A model generated the notes under the pieces. That model saw only the letters and a list, made by a program, of their open reading frames with translations, was not told the DNA's origin and did no database searches. Source: Podarcis vaucheri (Eukaryota). From it: DNA of 64,000 nucleotides. Position 1 is the first letter of the stretch. The number at the start of each line of letters is the position of its first letter. The stretch lies in assembly GCA_965113315.1 (NCBI GenBank), contig OZ220365.1; one strand, 5' to 3'. Made by a program: the position numbers and the translations under genes. Below are positions 12,352 to 25,004 of this stretch, piece by piece.

Positions 12352-12711
12352 AAAGGTAAAGGACCCCTGACAGTTAAGTCCAGTTGCAGACGACTCGGGG
12401 GTTGCGGCGCTCAGCTTGCTTTACAGGCCGAGGGAGCCAGCATTTGTCCATAGACAGCTTTCCGGGCCATGTGGCCAGCATGACTGAGCAGCTTCTGGCG
12501 AACCAGAGCAGCGCATGGAAACGGCGGTAACCTTCCTGCTGGAGCGGTACCTATTTATCTACTTGCACTGGTGTGCTTTCGAACTGCTAGGTTGACAGGA
12601 GCTGGGACAGAGCAACGGGAGATCACCCCGTCACAGGGATTCGAACTGCCAACCTTCTGATCGGCAAGCCCAAGAAGTTCAGTGGTTTAGACCACAGCAC
12701 CACCCGCGTTC
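12352..12711 (-). mobile_element. Sauria SINE, diverged subfamily
   Basis: Same architecture with variant diagnostic sites (GACAGTTAAGTCC, CAGTGGTTTAGACCAC). Confidence 0.9.
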
Positions 12712-13820
12712 TATTTTCTGCTTACAAACAGGAAAAAAATCAGGTAGGATGTGGGGACACCAAATTTCATTAATATTTCATTAATATCAGAGGTTGAGGG
12801 GTAAGAAGGCACATACAGAGGTGTGCCCCCATCTGCAGGCCACCTCTTCCCTGTGCACCTGCCCCCTCATTCTTCCATGCCATCTGCCAATGGGGGCTTT
12901 TGAGGGGAGCAACTAAAGGACTGCAAATCTCTCCAGTTTTCCTCCTCCTCCTGGGTTTTCAGAAGGATGGTATGTAAAGGGGAATTCTGTGTGTGTTTTG
13001 ATTAAGCGGTCTATAAATCTTCCAAAAGAAAAAATAAAGATCATATTTTGGTGATTTTATTAGGCCTGCTTATTTTGGAAGTCTTGAATTCACCAGTTTC
13101 TCCTTATGAATATTTGTATTATTTTATGTAAATAATTATATGCTTCAGGTTAAATTAGGTCAAACAAAGCAAATGTATTAATGATGGCAGGTTCATAGCT
13201 GCAGGCGCACTCCTGAATAGGTGTTGTGGAAGCTGCTCATCTGTGTACACGAAGCTTCTGCTTCTCTAGGTACAAGAACTGGTACAAGTATTTCACTGGC
13301 ACTGTGCTAGAAAATAGTTCAAGGAAAGGAACACCTCTGAATAACTAAGGCTGCAATCTCCACCCCATTTACCTAGCAGCCCCATTGAATTCAATAGGAT
13401 TGAGTAGATATGGTTAGGATTGTGCTGTTGGGATATGATACAGCATGGTGGGTGCCAACGCAGAATGGCATTCAGCATCTGAAATGTATAGCATTCTTTC
13501 TTGTGCAGAGCCTCCAAGTGCCCCTATTTTCCATCCTTCTGAAAACCCAGGAGGAGGAGGAGGAAAACTGGAGAGATTTGCAGTCCTTTAGCTGCCCCTA
13601 TTTTCCAGATTTACAGAAACCATCCTGGTTTCTGATTTGATCCCAGAATGTCCTCTTTTTCCTTAAGACGTCCCTATTTCCATCGGAGAAATGTTGGAGG
13701 CTATGGAATTATGCGACCCCAGAGTCAAGTAACTATACAACCTTTAGAAGACATCTGAAGGCAGCCCTGTATTGGTAAGTTTTTTTTCCAATTTTTAATG
13801 TTTTATTATGTTTCTATATA

Positions 13821-14046
13821 CAGTGGTACCTCGGGTTACATACGCTTCAGGTTACAGACTCCGCTAACCCAGAAATAGTGCTTCAGGTTAAGAACTTTGC
13901 TTCAAGATGAGAACAGAAATCGTGCTCCGGCTGCGCGGCAGCAGCAGGAGGCCCCATTAGCTAAAGTGGTGCTTCAGGTTAAGAACAGTTTCAGATTAAG
14001 TACAGACCTCCGGAATGAATTAAGTACTTAACCCGAGGTACCACTG
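13821..14046. mobile_element. Tigger-type MITE family A
   Basis: TIR CAGTGGTACCTCGGGTTA / TAACCCGAGGTACCACTG; TA...CA flanks (CA probably a mutated TA). Confidence 0.9.
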
Positions 14047-14057
14047 CATGTTGGAGG

Positions 14058-14440
14058 CAGTGGCGTAGCGTGGGGGGTGCCAGGGGTGCCGGCCGCACCG
14101 GGCGCAACATTTTTGGGGGGCGCGTTTGGCCGGCCCCCCTCGAGGAAGCGGGAACCTCTCCAAGACGGGAGAGACCTCCTCCCGCCGCCAGCCTTTGGAA
14201 GGCTGCTCCGAAGACTGGCGGTGGGGCGGAGAGACCTTCTCCCCGCGCCAGCCTTCAGATGGCTGTCCTGAAGACTTGTGGTGGGAGCAGTGGCATAGCG
14301 TGGGGGGTGCAGGGGGGGCTGCCGCACCTGGCACAACATCTGTGGGGGCACGGAAGAGACTCGAGTGCTAAAATCCACGGGTTAGGGGGCGCAAATTACT
14401 TGCCTTGCCCCGGGTGCTGAGAACCCACGCTACGCCACTG
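14058..14440. mobile_element. hAT-type MITE (CAGTGGCGTAGC ends), GC-rich
   Basis: TIR CAGTGGCGTAGCGTGGG / CCCACGCTACGCCACTG; perfect 8-bp TSD GTTGGAGG (14050-14057, 14441-14448). Confidence 0.92.
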
Positions 14441-17400
14441 GTTGGAGGCCACCCTGAGTGGATAGGGCAACCCAGTCAGATGGGTGGGATTATAAATATT
14501 AATAATAATAATAATAATAGCACATCCCTATTTTCGTCAGAGAAATGTTGGAGGGTATGCTTGTGATTCATTCTGTACTACTGCCAGCATAAGCAACAGC
14601 CACACAAAGGAAATGCTGTTATTTGGCCCGAATGACCGCTTGTATAACAGAGACCATCAGGACAGTCATATTTGCTTTGTGAATGACAAAGTGTCATTAT
14701 GAGAAGTGATGTGAGGACTTGCCACACGGAGAAGTTGCAAGTGAATCAAAGCAAAATCATTTGCTGTGGATGGCAAGAAAAGGAAGCACTGGCCATAAGA
14801 TCAGCAGGCTTTCCATGACACTGGATCTCCATTTATATTAATCTCCCTTTTGCTCCTTCTGCCTTGCCCAGTGTGTGCGTGTGTAGAAGGGCGAAAACAG
14901 AAGCATTTGTTATTCTGACATGCATGTGAAACAGGTATTATCCCAAAGCACTTTTTTCCTGCTGGGCAATAAAACTGTGTGCCACAGAGAAATGAGTCCA
15001 TTCCACATAAACAGCAGAATCTGATCAAAACAAGAAGTGCCTTTACAAGCATTTTTATTCAATTTTTTTTCTTTCTCTCCCCTTTTCAATCTTGATTGCT
15101 ACTGCTTGGAACACAAACAAGATGCACATTTCAGGGCCACCCCGCTAGGAGATGAGAGATACCGGAATACAGTTTGCAAGATACCACTTTCAATTACCAT
15201 TTCCAATTGCATTACTGACAGCCTTGATTATCATAAAACTTCCTAGGTGGGTGATATTTCTAGAAAATCAGTACTCAAAGCCAGCCATGCAGTATGAGGA
15301 GGCGGCTAGGATAGTGCACAAAATTGCTTCCAGACAGGTTTTAAAATAAATCCTGCAAAGATTTGCTGAGAATCTAGGGCATCCTATTTTTTAAATAAAG
15401 CATTTAACCATATCCCCCACACATACAAATAACCAACAAACAACACCAACACCCATATGCACAGTAATAGCTCTCTGCAGTCCTAAAGCCACTTACCTGG
15501 GAGTAAGTCCCATTATATCCAACAGGACTTACTTCTGAGTATGCATGGTTAGGATCGTGCTGAAAATCAATGCATACACACCTTAGATTTTGTTCACGGG
15601 GCAAATAATAAATTTCAATTGCCCCAAAGTAAGTTTCTATGGCTGTAATCCTATATATACTTAACTAGGTCCCACTGAATTCTCTATTGTTATGATTATT
15701 ATTTATTAAATTTCTATATCACCCTCATCTGAGCATCATAGGGCAGTTTAAAATACAAAAATACATAACATAGCAGCAAACAAAAACAATACGCCCCATA
15801 CCATTTAAATTGTTTAATTATCCAAAGGCTTGGGAGAAGAGGAATGTTTTTGCCTGTCACATAAAGATATGTAACAAAGGAACCAGGCAAGTCTTTTCTA
15901 AATTACATGAAAGGACTGGACTCTGTTGCAAATATTATTACACTTCTTGCTTTTAGCTCTGCATACAGCAAATGTTCAGAAAGTAAAATCCTAGTGAAAA
16001 GTTGAACTTTTAAAAATACTTTCTTTCACCAACCTGAATAATAGTTTTTAAATATCTGGGTGACAGTTTTTATTGTTATTGTTTTTACTTTTGTAAATAT
16101 GCAATATGACACCTAGTCGATTGCCTGGATAAGTTTAAAAAGAGAGAGAAAGGGAGATAAGCAATTCCATGAATGATATTAACGGTGCAATCCTATATAT
16201 ATATCTACGCAGAAGGAAGACATATTGAATTCTGTGGTATTTACTCCCAGGTATTCTTCTTATGCAGACTAAGATCCACAGATAAGTGTGAATCGTCCAA
16301 CACTGCAAAATCCATATAGTGAATAAATTTACAAGGCATGATGCAGATAAGAAATTTGTTGTGACTAGCCATAGAAAACCTTCAACTATGCTGTACTTTA
16401 ATCAATTGGAACATTTTTTTTAAAAAAAACAACCTTAAAAAAATCTGATTCTTCTGCACTCTGTCAAATTGCTATTGATCACACTGTAGGTACCAGAAAA
16501 TCTGAATGTAACACTTTAAAAAGAGATAATGCAAGAAGACCCAGAAGACATTGCTAATAGTTTATGTTATATTAATGAATTACTTATAGACCACCTTTCA
16601 AGCGAATGATGTCTTTCAAAGCATATAATAAACTATGTATCTAGAAATAGCCAATACAATATGAAGGATCCATTTCCTTCACAACAGTATTAAAAGCTAA
16701 TATACTGTAAGCCATATAGTAATAAAAGCTCTGCATTATTTTAATAATCACCATGCTGTATCTACAGCCCAGGTTATAATTAAGCCTTAAAGCCCACAAT
16801 GAAAAAACTGGGTCTTTAATGCCCATTTAAAAGTATCAAGGGGTGCACTTTGCCTAATCTTGGAATCAAATTGCACGATTGTGGGGCCACCACTGAAAAG
16901 ACCCCACGCCATATGCCTGCCAACTGGTTGTTACGGGTTATATAGAGGGCTTTGGGCAACTTTTTGTCTATGGGATTCATACCAGAGTGAATTTATACCA
17001 TGTGTTGGCATCTTGCAGGTACAGATGAACTGGGCACCTCTTGGGGCCTTTCACACTGGAAATAAGAAACAACTTGCCTGATTGTAAAGTTAGATCAGTG
17101 AAATACTTGCTGAAAGTAGCAACGAATTTGCCTACATTCCCAAAGGTGGTTAATTACTTCACTTTTCTAATTACTCCCCATTCTAAGATTGCATTAAGAG
17201 GGAAGAGATTGGAAGGGGTTGACACACTTCGTTCCTTATTTTTCTCATCTTTTAGATGAACATGGGATCACTCCTGATCCTGCAAATTTAAGTAGCTTAA
17301 CGCAGGGTCTCCAAGCTTGGTATTCAGTTTTCTCTGTGGTGAAAGATGAAAAAAATAAGGAGCATATAAGTTCAGGGCCTGCTCCCCAAGTCTCCATGGG

Positions 17401-17827
17401 TAAATTCTGTTGATGTTTGGAGTTAAAACACTCAGCAGCAGTTGAACTTAGCACCGAATCCCTGTTGGAGGAGCACACTTTGCCCTGAGAGTCTGAATTT
17501 AGAGAAACCTGTGCTTATTTTAGGAAAGACATGCTTGATAGGAAAGCTCTCTAGTTCTCTCTAAGTAAGGTGGAGATGCCTTGGCCCACGTTTGTTCTTG
17601 CATCTCAGCAGAAGAGCCACAAAAGATGACTCCTTCCCCAAAGTGAGAATAAAAAATCACGAAGTAGAAAATGAGGCCATCAACCCTAAGAGACTACTAC
17701 CTGAGAGAAGGTCAGCGCAGGTTCAGTGAGAAAGGACATTTTAGGAAACTTGGAGATTCTTTTCTCTGTCCCATGCAGGCACATCAGCCTCCAGTGGAAT
17801 CTGAGTTGCATCCCAACACATGTTGTA

Positions 17828-18069
17828 CAGTGGTACCTCGGGTTACATACGCTTCAGGTTACATACGCTTCAGGTTACAGACTCCGCTAACCCAGAAATA
17901 GTACCTCGGGTTAAGAAGTTTGCTTCAGGATGAGAACAGAAATTGTGCTCCGCCGGCACGGCGGCAGCAGGAGGCCCCATTAGCTAAAGTGGTACCTCAG
18001 GTTAAGAACAGTTTCAGGTTAAGAACGGACCTCCAGAACGAATTAAGTATTTAACCCGAGGTATCACTG
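17828..18069. mobile_element. Tigger-type MITE family A
   Basis: Same TIRs; TA TSD on both sides. Confidence 0.92.
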
Positions 18070-19430
18070 TATTTCTAAGCATAATAGCATTTGCATACAG
18101 TAGAGATGAATCACTGTTTTGGGGGAGATGTAGTCTTAACAGCATAAGAAACAGGAAGCCGGGGGGAGAATATTTGGCCCGGTCCTAGAATGGAGCAGTT
18201 GTTGTACATGCTTTGTTTATGAAATAACTTTTGGCTCAGTTGCATGGCGCAACAGCACCACAGATGTGTTTTCGATTGCCTCAGCAGCCCCTGTATCCCA
18301 CACAAGGGGGTAACCTCTAGTCAGTGCAGCCGCACAGAGGAGCCTGATGCCACTGGGCTGTTGCAAGTCAAAGCAATCCGAAGCAGATCCCACCACTTAA
18401 TTGCCCAGTGTTCAGGAAGCAACAGACACATATGTGCTCTAGCTTTTTAGCCCAATGTACCCAAACCCTTCCGATTACAAACAAAACTGCATCTTGAATT
18501 TGTTTCTCCTAATTAGGCAGAGCACTGAATGTTTCCCCGCTATTCCTCACTTGGTAATTTGTCACTCGCAGGGAATAACCACACCACGTTGTCCTAACCC
18601 CCAGCTATGCTGACTTGTTTTCCTGCCAGGTATGGTTCCGTTTCTCTCACAATTGTAGGTTGTCAGAATTGAAGGATATTTTTCCAGTCAAGTCACCGGT
18701 GGATGCCTGCTAATATTAATGTCAAGCTTCCATGTGCATTGTTTAGTGCTGTGTTTTCAGCAGCATTGTAAATGCGTGGCAGCTCAGAGGTAGAAGTTCA
18801 AACAAAAGGGATATTGCTTAGCCTGACTCCTACTGATGCGTCCCTTGCTGATGAGAATGTCAGAGGCCCCGATTCTAATTCTTACTGAATGCCTTTATAA
18901 CCATTATCAGCCTTACTTTAACAGGCACTGTGAGCCCGAGGGCAAGCTAGTGCCTTCCTTCCTTCGAATCAATGAGCAAATGCTCTTATTAGCATTCGCT
19001 TGCACATAAGCTCGGCTGCCTGCAAAAGAACATTTTTAAGCGACAAAATGAGCGTATATTTACATATGGCAACTGAATGGAGCTTCCTTACCAACAAAAA
19101 GTTTCAGTATGCTAATTGGGAATATTGTACCTTGATCAAAAACTTGGCATTTGGGGAGAGTAGGATGAAAAAGAAAAGGAAAGGATGCAGCTTTGAAAGG
19201 AATTTGAACTTGCTATGACATAAGCTTGCCTGCCTCTGGAGCAGCTGAGTGCTGCTTTTGGAGCCATGCATAGTTTGTCAAGAATAGAGGCATTCACAAA
19301 GCAGTTCTTTAATATTTAAAAAGTATGTTAACTCTCATGGTGCTGGATACATCTATTAGGATATCTGGTTTTATCATTCTCTACAGTGATGGACGTTAGG
19401 CTTGCAGGTGAATGGATAGCTTCCTATCTG

Positions 19431-19742
19431 AAAGGTAAAGGGTAAAGGGACCTCTGACCATTAGGTCCAGTCGTGGCCAACTCTGGAGTTGCAGCGCTCA
19501 TCTCGCTTTTCTGGCCAGGTCATGTGGCCAGCATGACTAAGCCGCTTCTGGTGAACCAGAGCAGTGCACAGAAATGCCATTTACCTTCCCGCCGGAGCGG
19601 TACCTATTTATCTACTTGCACTTTGACGTGCTTTCGAACTGCTAGGTTGGCAGGAGCAGGGACTGAGCAACAGGAGCTCACCCCGTCACGGGGATTCAAA
19701 CTGCCAACCTTCTGATCAGCAAGTCCTAGGCTCTGTGGTTTA
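19431..19742 (-). mobile_element. Sauria SINE (head truncated, internal deletion)
   Basis: Tail AAAGGTAAAGGG and body; ends at CTCTGTGGTTTA without the first ~20 nt of the head. Confidence 0.9.
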
Positions 19743-19744
19743 GG

Positions 19745-20107
19745 TAAAGGTAAAGGTACCCCTGCCCGTATGGGCCAGTCGTGTCCAACTCTAGGGTTGT
19801 GCGCCCATCTCACTTAAGAGGCTGGGGGCCAGCGCTGTCCGGAGACACTTCTGGGTCACGTGGCCAGTGTGACGAAGCTGCTCTGGCGAGCCAGCACCAG
19901 CGCAGCACACGGAAACACCGTTTACCTTTCCACTATAAAGCGGTACCTATTTATCTACTTGCACTTAAGGGTGCTTTCGAACTGCTAGGTGGGCAGGAGC
20001 TGGGACTGAAAGACGGGAGCTCACCCCGCCACGGGGATTTGAACCGCCGACCATGCGATCGGCAAGTCCTAGGCACTGAGGTTTTACCCACAGCGCCACC
20101 CGCGTCC
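19745..20107 (-). mobile_element. Sauria SINE, second subfamily, inserted at the end of the previous SINE
   Basis: Diagnostic GGTACCCCTGCCCGTATGGGCC and GGCACTGAGGTTTTACC; TSD CTGTGGTTTAGG (19733-19744, 20108-20119). Confidence 0.93.
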
Positions 20108-20454
20108 CTGTGGTTTAGGAGGACGCAATTTAGGCAAGGTGCTGAAGTACATGGAAGCCAATCACAGTTAGTTCAAATACTAAACCCACTTTCCCTCTCT
20201 TATCCAGAATTCTCAATCCTCTGGATTTCAGAAATGGGGACAAAATCACAATGGCCCTGTTTACACAGTTTACTGGGACTGCTGCTTTGCTCCTTTCTAG
20301 TCTCTTCCCCCCACCTCACTGAGCTAATGCAAGGTTTGGCTTAAATATGTTGCCTAAAACCAGGCTCATGGTTAAGCTCCCTCCTCACTAAATGTAATCT
20401 GCACTCAATATTTGTTCTTTTGGATGAGATGGAGGGGTTACCCAATATAGAATA

Positions 20455-20777
20455 CAGTGGTGCCTCGCAAGACGAAAAGAATCCGTTCTGTGATTCTCTT
20501 CGTCTAGCGGTTTTTCCTCTTGCGAAGCAAGCCCATTGACGGATTAGCGCTATTAGCGGCTTTTAGCGGCTTATCGGCTTACCGGATCAGCTGATAGGCG
20601 GCTTAGTGGCTTAGAAAAAGGGGGGGAGGGAAAAAACCGCAGGAACGCGCAATACATCGTCGTCTTGCGAAGCAAGCCCATAGGAGATTCGTTTTGCGAA
20701 GCACCTCCAAAACGGAAAACTCTTTCGTCTAGCGAGTTTTCCGTCTTGCGAGGCATTCGTCTTGCAGGGCACCACTG
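20455..20777. mobile_element. Tigger-like MITE family B
   Basis: TIR CAGTGGTGCCTCGCAAGACGAA / TTCGTCTTGCAGGGCACCACTG; TA TSD. Confidence 0.9.
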
Positions 20778-20985
20778 TACCCACTACTGTATATCACTTC
20801 AGTTTCTATTGGTTCTTTTCATAACACTTGTCAACACTTGGTTCTTTTTCTCTGCACTTGTGGTTTATTCTTATTCCTAATATTCCAAACACCCCACCAT
20901 GCGCCTTTTTGTGATGTTTTCAGGTCACTTCTAGGCTTGATGTGATGCAGAGTTGTTCACATATTGAACGTGTGTAAATGGGTTG

Positions 20986-21622
20986 CCACTCTGGGTGGCA
21001 CCCAACAGAATATTAAAAACACAATAAAACATCAAACATCTGATGGAAGGGCGTTCCACAGGGTGGGCACCACTACCAAGAAGGCCCTCTGCCTGGTTCC
21101 CTGTAACCTCACTGCTCGCAGACAGGGAACCGCCAGAAGGACTTCGGAGCTGAACCTCAGTGCCCGGGCTGAACAATGGGGGTGGAAAGACTCCTTCAGG
21201 TATACTGGGCTGAGGCCGTTTAGGGTTTTAAAGGTCAGCACCAACACTTTGAATTGTGCTTGGAGACGTACTGGGAGTCAATGTAGGTCTTTCAGGACCA
21301 GTGTTATGTGGTTTTGGTGGCCACTCCCAGTCACCAGTCTAGCTGCTGCATTCTGGATTAGTTGCAGTTTCCGAGTCAAATTCAAAGGTAGCCCCACGTA
21401 GAGCGCATTGCAGTAGTCCAAGCAGGAGATAACTACAGCATGTACCACTCTGGTGAGACAGTCCGCGGGCAGGTAGGGTCTCAGCCGGTGTACCAGATGG
21501 AGTTGATAGACAGCTGCCCTGGACACAGAATTGACCTGCGCCTCCATGGACAGCTGTGAGTCCAAAATGACTCCCAGGCTGCGCACCTGGTCCTTCAGAG
21601 GCACAGTTACCCCATTTAACAC
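20986..21622 (-). mobile_element. L2-clade LINE 3' fragment
   Basis: VRSLGVILDSQLSM, LDYCNALYVGLP, KLQLIQNAAARLV, HITLVLKDLH motifs typical of the L2 RT C-terminus. Confidence 0.9.
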
Positions 21623-23228
21623 AAAGTGCCCTCCTTCATCTCATTTCAATCGATATAATATGCTGTAGAACAGGAGCTCAATGATAGTCAAGCAGAATGA
21701 TCAGTTTACTGTGGACAGTTGCAAATTTGGAGGGTTGGTGCAAAGCACATGTCTTTTCAACTCATTTCTCAACAAATGCCTGATCTTCTTCCAATTAAGC
21801 CTTTACTAGTCGTATTGGAGACAGCCACAGAGGGCACGCACCCACACAGTGAAAATCTCTCTTCGTCACAGTCACAGTTACTGCTATGGCTCGCCAATGC
21901 AGTCTTAGGATGGCAATTGGAAAATTATAGAGTGCTTTCTGGAGTATATTCAGCTGGGTATAGGTCTGAAGCCCAAATCTGTAAATCTGATGTTGGGAGA
22001 AGTAATATGTTTCCAGAGAGTGTGGTAGGCTTAAGCTAGGCTATAAATAACTAGGTGACCTTTCGGGTGTACTGAATTTTGTTAAAATATTGGAAGGCAG
22101 AAGGCAGCATGAGGAGGGGGAAATCCCACCTTCAGATAATCACAAGGTAACCCTCAGGAACCATTATATAAACTCCTTCCTATTTAAAGTTTGTATTACC
22201 GGAGACAATTTTGAGACCCCATTTCTATAAAAGGCTAATTCAATCCATAATGACTAGTCAGGTACAGTGTCATCACTCTGTTTTAAGCTTCTAACTGTGC
22301 AAGGTTCACGTAGCCCTTGCTGGATATAACATTTTAATGCTGAAAAAGCAGGGATTAATAGTGCTGAATAAAAAGAACTTGGCAAGGGTCGTTTCTCATA
22401 TCCCTCTCCTTGCTACTACTTACAACAATTCATTTAAATTCATTTAAAACGGAAATAATCTCTACTTATTTATATGAGATCTCATTTCTGTCTCAACCAA
22501 GCTTTTATTAATTCTGCTTTATATTAACTGATTCCACCAAAGGGAAGCAAACACATTTATGCACTGCAGCCAAATAAAACCAAATATATTTTAGACATAG
22601 CTATTATGATCCTCTCTATATTCTGTCACTATGAATGGAAGAGGCACAAAGTATTGGGAGGGGGGTCTGTGTGCCCAAGAAAGGGAGAATCAGATCAGGG
22701 GGACCATTTGTGGTTGGCCTTATCTGGTTCTTAAGGCAAGTGCAGTGACGGCATCACCACTGCATTACTGACCATAGTTTAGCCACAGTTTGTTAGGTTC
22801 TGATGAAATGACAAGCTGTGGTTTATTAAAAAAGCAGAACGCAGACTACAGAAGGAGTATCTGAGCTCAAGGTTCACTCAGGATCATTCACACAACACAA
22901 AACATTGTGACATCTCAACCAGCCCAACTTGTGACATAGTTCCCTAGCATCAATGCATGTCTATAATTCATTCCAGTGTTAGTTTCATATAGTGTGCTGC
23001 CATGCTTACTTGGAAGTAGGGCTATGCTTTTAGCTTGCTTCCATCCTCCCCAAGTGACATCATATCTCCTTCCTCCAGCAACTTGCATTTGCCTGCTTTT
23101 GTCTGAAGTGAAACCCAAATATATGGCCTGCCACTCAAATGCAGGGACACCATGCATTTGGGAACCCTGCAAAACTCGTGGTCCTCATGATCCCTTCCAA
23201 CTCCACAATTCTAGTCATTGTAGTAGTA

Positions 23229-23520
23229 AAAGGTAAAGGGACCCCTGACCATTAGGTCCAGTTTTGGCCGACTCTGGGGTTGTGGCGCTCATCTCGCTTT
23301 ATTGGCCGAGGGAGCTGGCGTACAGCTTCCGGGTCATGTGGCCAGCATGACTAAGCCGCTTCTGGCGAACCAGAGCAGCGCACAGAAACGCCGTTTACTT
23401 TCCTGCTGGAACGGTACCTATTTATCTACTTGCACTTTGGCATGCTTTCGAACTGCTAGGTTGGCAGGAGCAGGGACCGAGCAACAGGAGCTCACCCCGT
23501 TGCGGGGATTCGAATCGCCA
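23229..23520 (-). mobile_element. Sauria SINE, 5'-truncated, abutting an L2 tail
   Basis: Tail and body intact, stops just past the B-box (GGATTCGAA) at an (AAT)n run. Confidence 0.9.
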
Positions 23521-23521
23521 A

Positions 23522-23578
<57 letters not shown>

Positions 23579-24021
23579 TTAATTATACCCAGCCCATCTG
23601 GCTGAGTTTCCCCAGCCACTCTGGGCGGCTTCCAACAAAAGATTAAAAATACATTAAAACATGAGTCATTAAAAACTTCCACCAACAGGGCTGCCTTCAG
23701 ATATCTTCTAAACGTCAGATAGTTGTTTATTTCTTTGACATCTGATGAGGGGGGCGTTCCCTGTAATTTGGCTTCTCGCAGCGAGGGAACTGCCAGAGGG
23801 CCTTCAGCGCTGGACCTCAGTGTCTGGGCAGAACGATGGGGGTGGAGACGCTCCTTCAGATATACTGGACCGAGGCCGTTTAGGGCTTTAAAGGTCAGCA
23901 CCAACACTTGGAATTGTGCTCAGAAACGTAGTGGGAGCCAATGTAGGTCTTTCAAGACCGGTGTTATGTGGTCCCGGTGGCCACTCCCAGTCACCAGTCT
24001 AGCTGCCTCATTCTGGATTAG
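23521..24021 (-). mobile_element. L2-clade LINE 3' fragment with (AAT)n/(TTA)n tail
   Basis: LVLTFKALNGLGPVYLKERL motif; 3' UTR CCCAGCCACTCTGGGCGGCTTCCAACA; microsatellite 23523-23577. Confidence 0.9.
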
Positions 24022-24779
24022 GCATCACCGTTCATCCCCATATATTCTGATCATTGTAAATAGTAATATTATTGTATTCAGTAAGGGGGGGACATTTGTG
24101 ACTAAGATGACATATGAATTGGGCTCATAGCTCACATTCTTAGGTAAACACCTCCCTAGCTCTGCAGATAAGAGTCTACTAACATATAAAAGGAATGGAT
24201 TGTTAAACAGATGTAGTTTTGCAAAACACAACGAAGTGCAATCGCTGGCCTCACACTTCTACATAATCCCATCTGAGCAACATTTTAAACATTCCTTGAA
24301 TCTCCTAACTAATAAGTAAAGGAAACAGTACTTCCTTTCATTGAGAAACTCTCCCGCACATACGGCAAGGAGCCACCTATTTCTGGAAATCTCCTGCCTT
24401 CTTTGTTTTCACAGATACGTGTGTATGACGCATCTAGTTTCCTCTTTGGTCCCCAATAGGGTAGTATCTACTTAGCAAGCCTCTGCTTTAAGGGAGTTAG
24501 GAAGCATATAAACTTTTATTAGAGCATCCTTTTGATGCTTAGTATTATCATGGGTCCAACTGTTGCTCTGCTCCTGTGGTCGATGAGAAAAGCAAAACGT
24601 CTAAACAAACCACAGGGTAAGGTTTCTTCCCTGATATCAGTATTAGTCTGTGAAAAATACTAACTATCTGACACTGCCTGTCCTGTTCCATTTATGGGCT
24701 CTAGTGTAGGTCATATGTGTTGTGTGAAACCTAACCTTCCCATTTGTCAGCTTTTGTTTTCACTACCCAGGTGCAACTA

Positions 24780-25004
24780 CAGTGGTACCTTGGTTGCTGA
24801 ACTTAATCCGTTCCAGGAATCCATTCGAAAACCAAGGCATAGCTTCTGATTGGCTGCAGGAGCTTCCTGCACTCAATCAGAAGGCACGTCAGACATTTGG
24901 CTTCCAAAAAACGTTTGCAAACCGGAACATTCACTTTGAGGTTTGCGGTGTTTGGGAGCCGATTTGTTTGGGAGCCAAACCGTTCGACAACCAAGGTACC
25001 ACTG
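24780..25004. mobile_element. Tigger-type MITE family C
   Basis: TIR CAGTGGTACCTTGGTTG / CAACCAAGGTACCACTG; TA TSD. Confidence 0.88.

Larger units (their letters stand above)
13510..14559. repeat. Composite repeat containing an L2 3' tail, bounded by direct repeats; hosts two MITEs
   Basis: TCCCTATTT(T)CATCGGAGAAATGTTGGAGG repeated at about 13671 and 14526; L2 3' end (AGAAGACATCTGAAGGCAGCCCTGT ... CCCAGTCAGATGGG, (AAT)n) between them. Confidence 0.6.
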
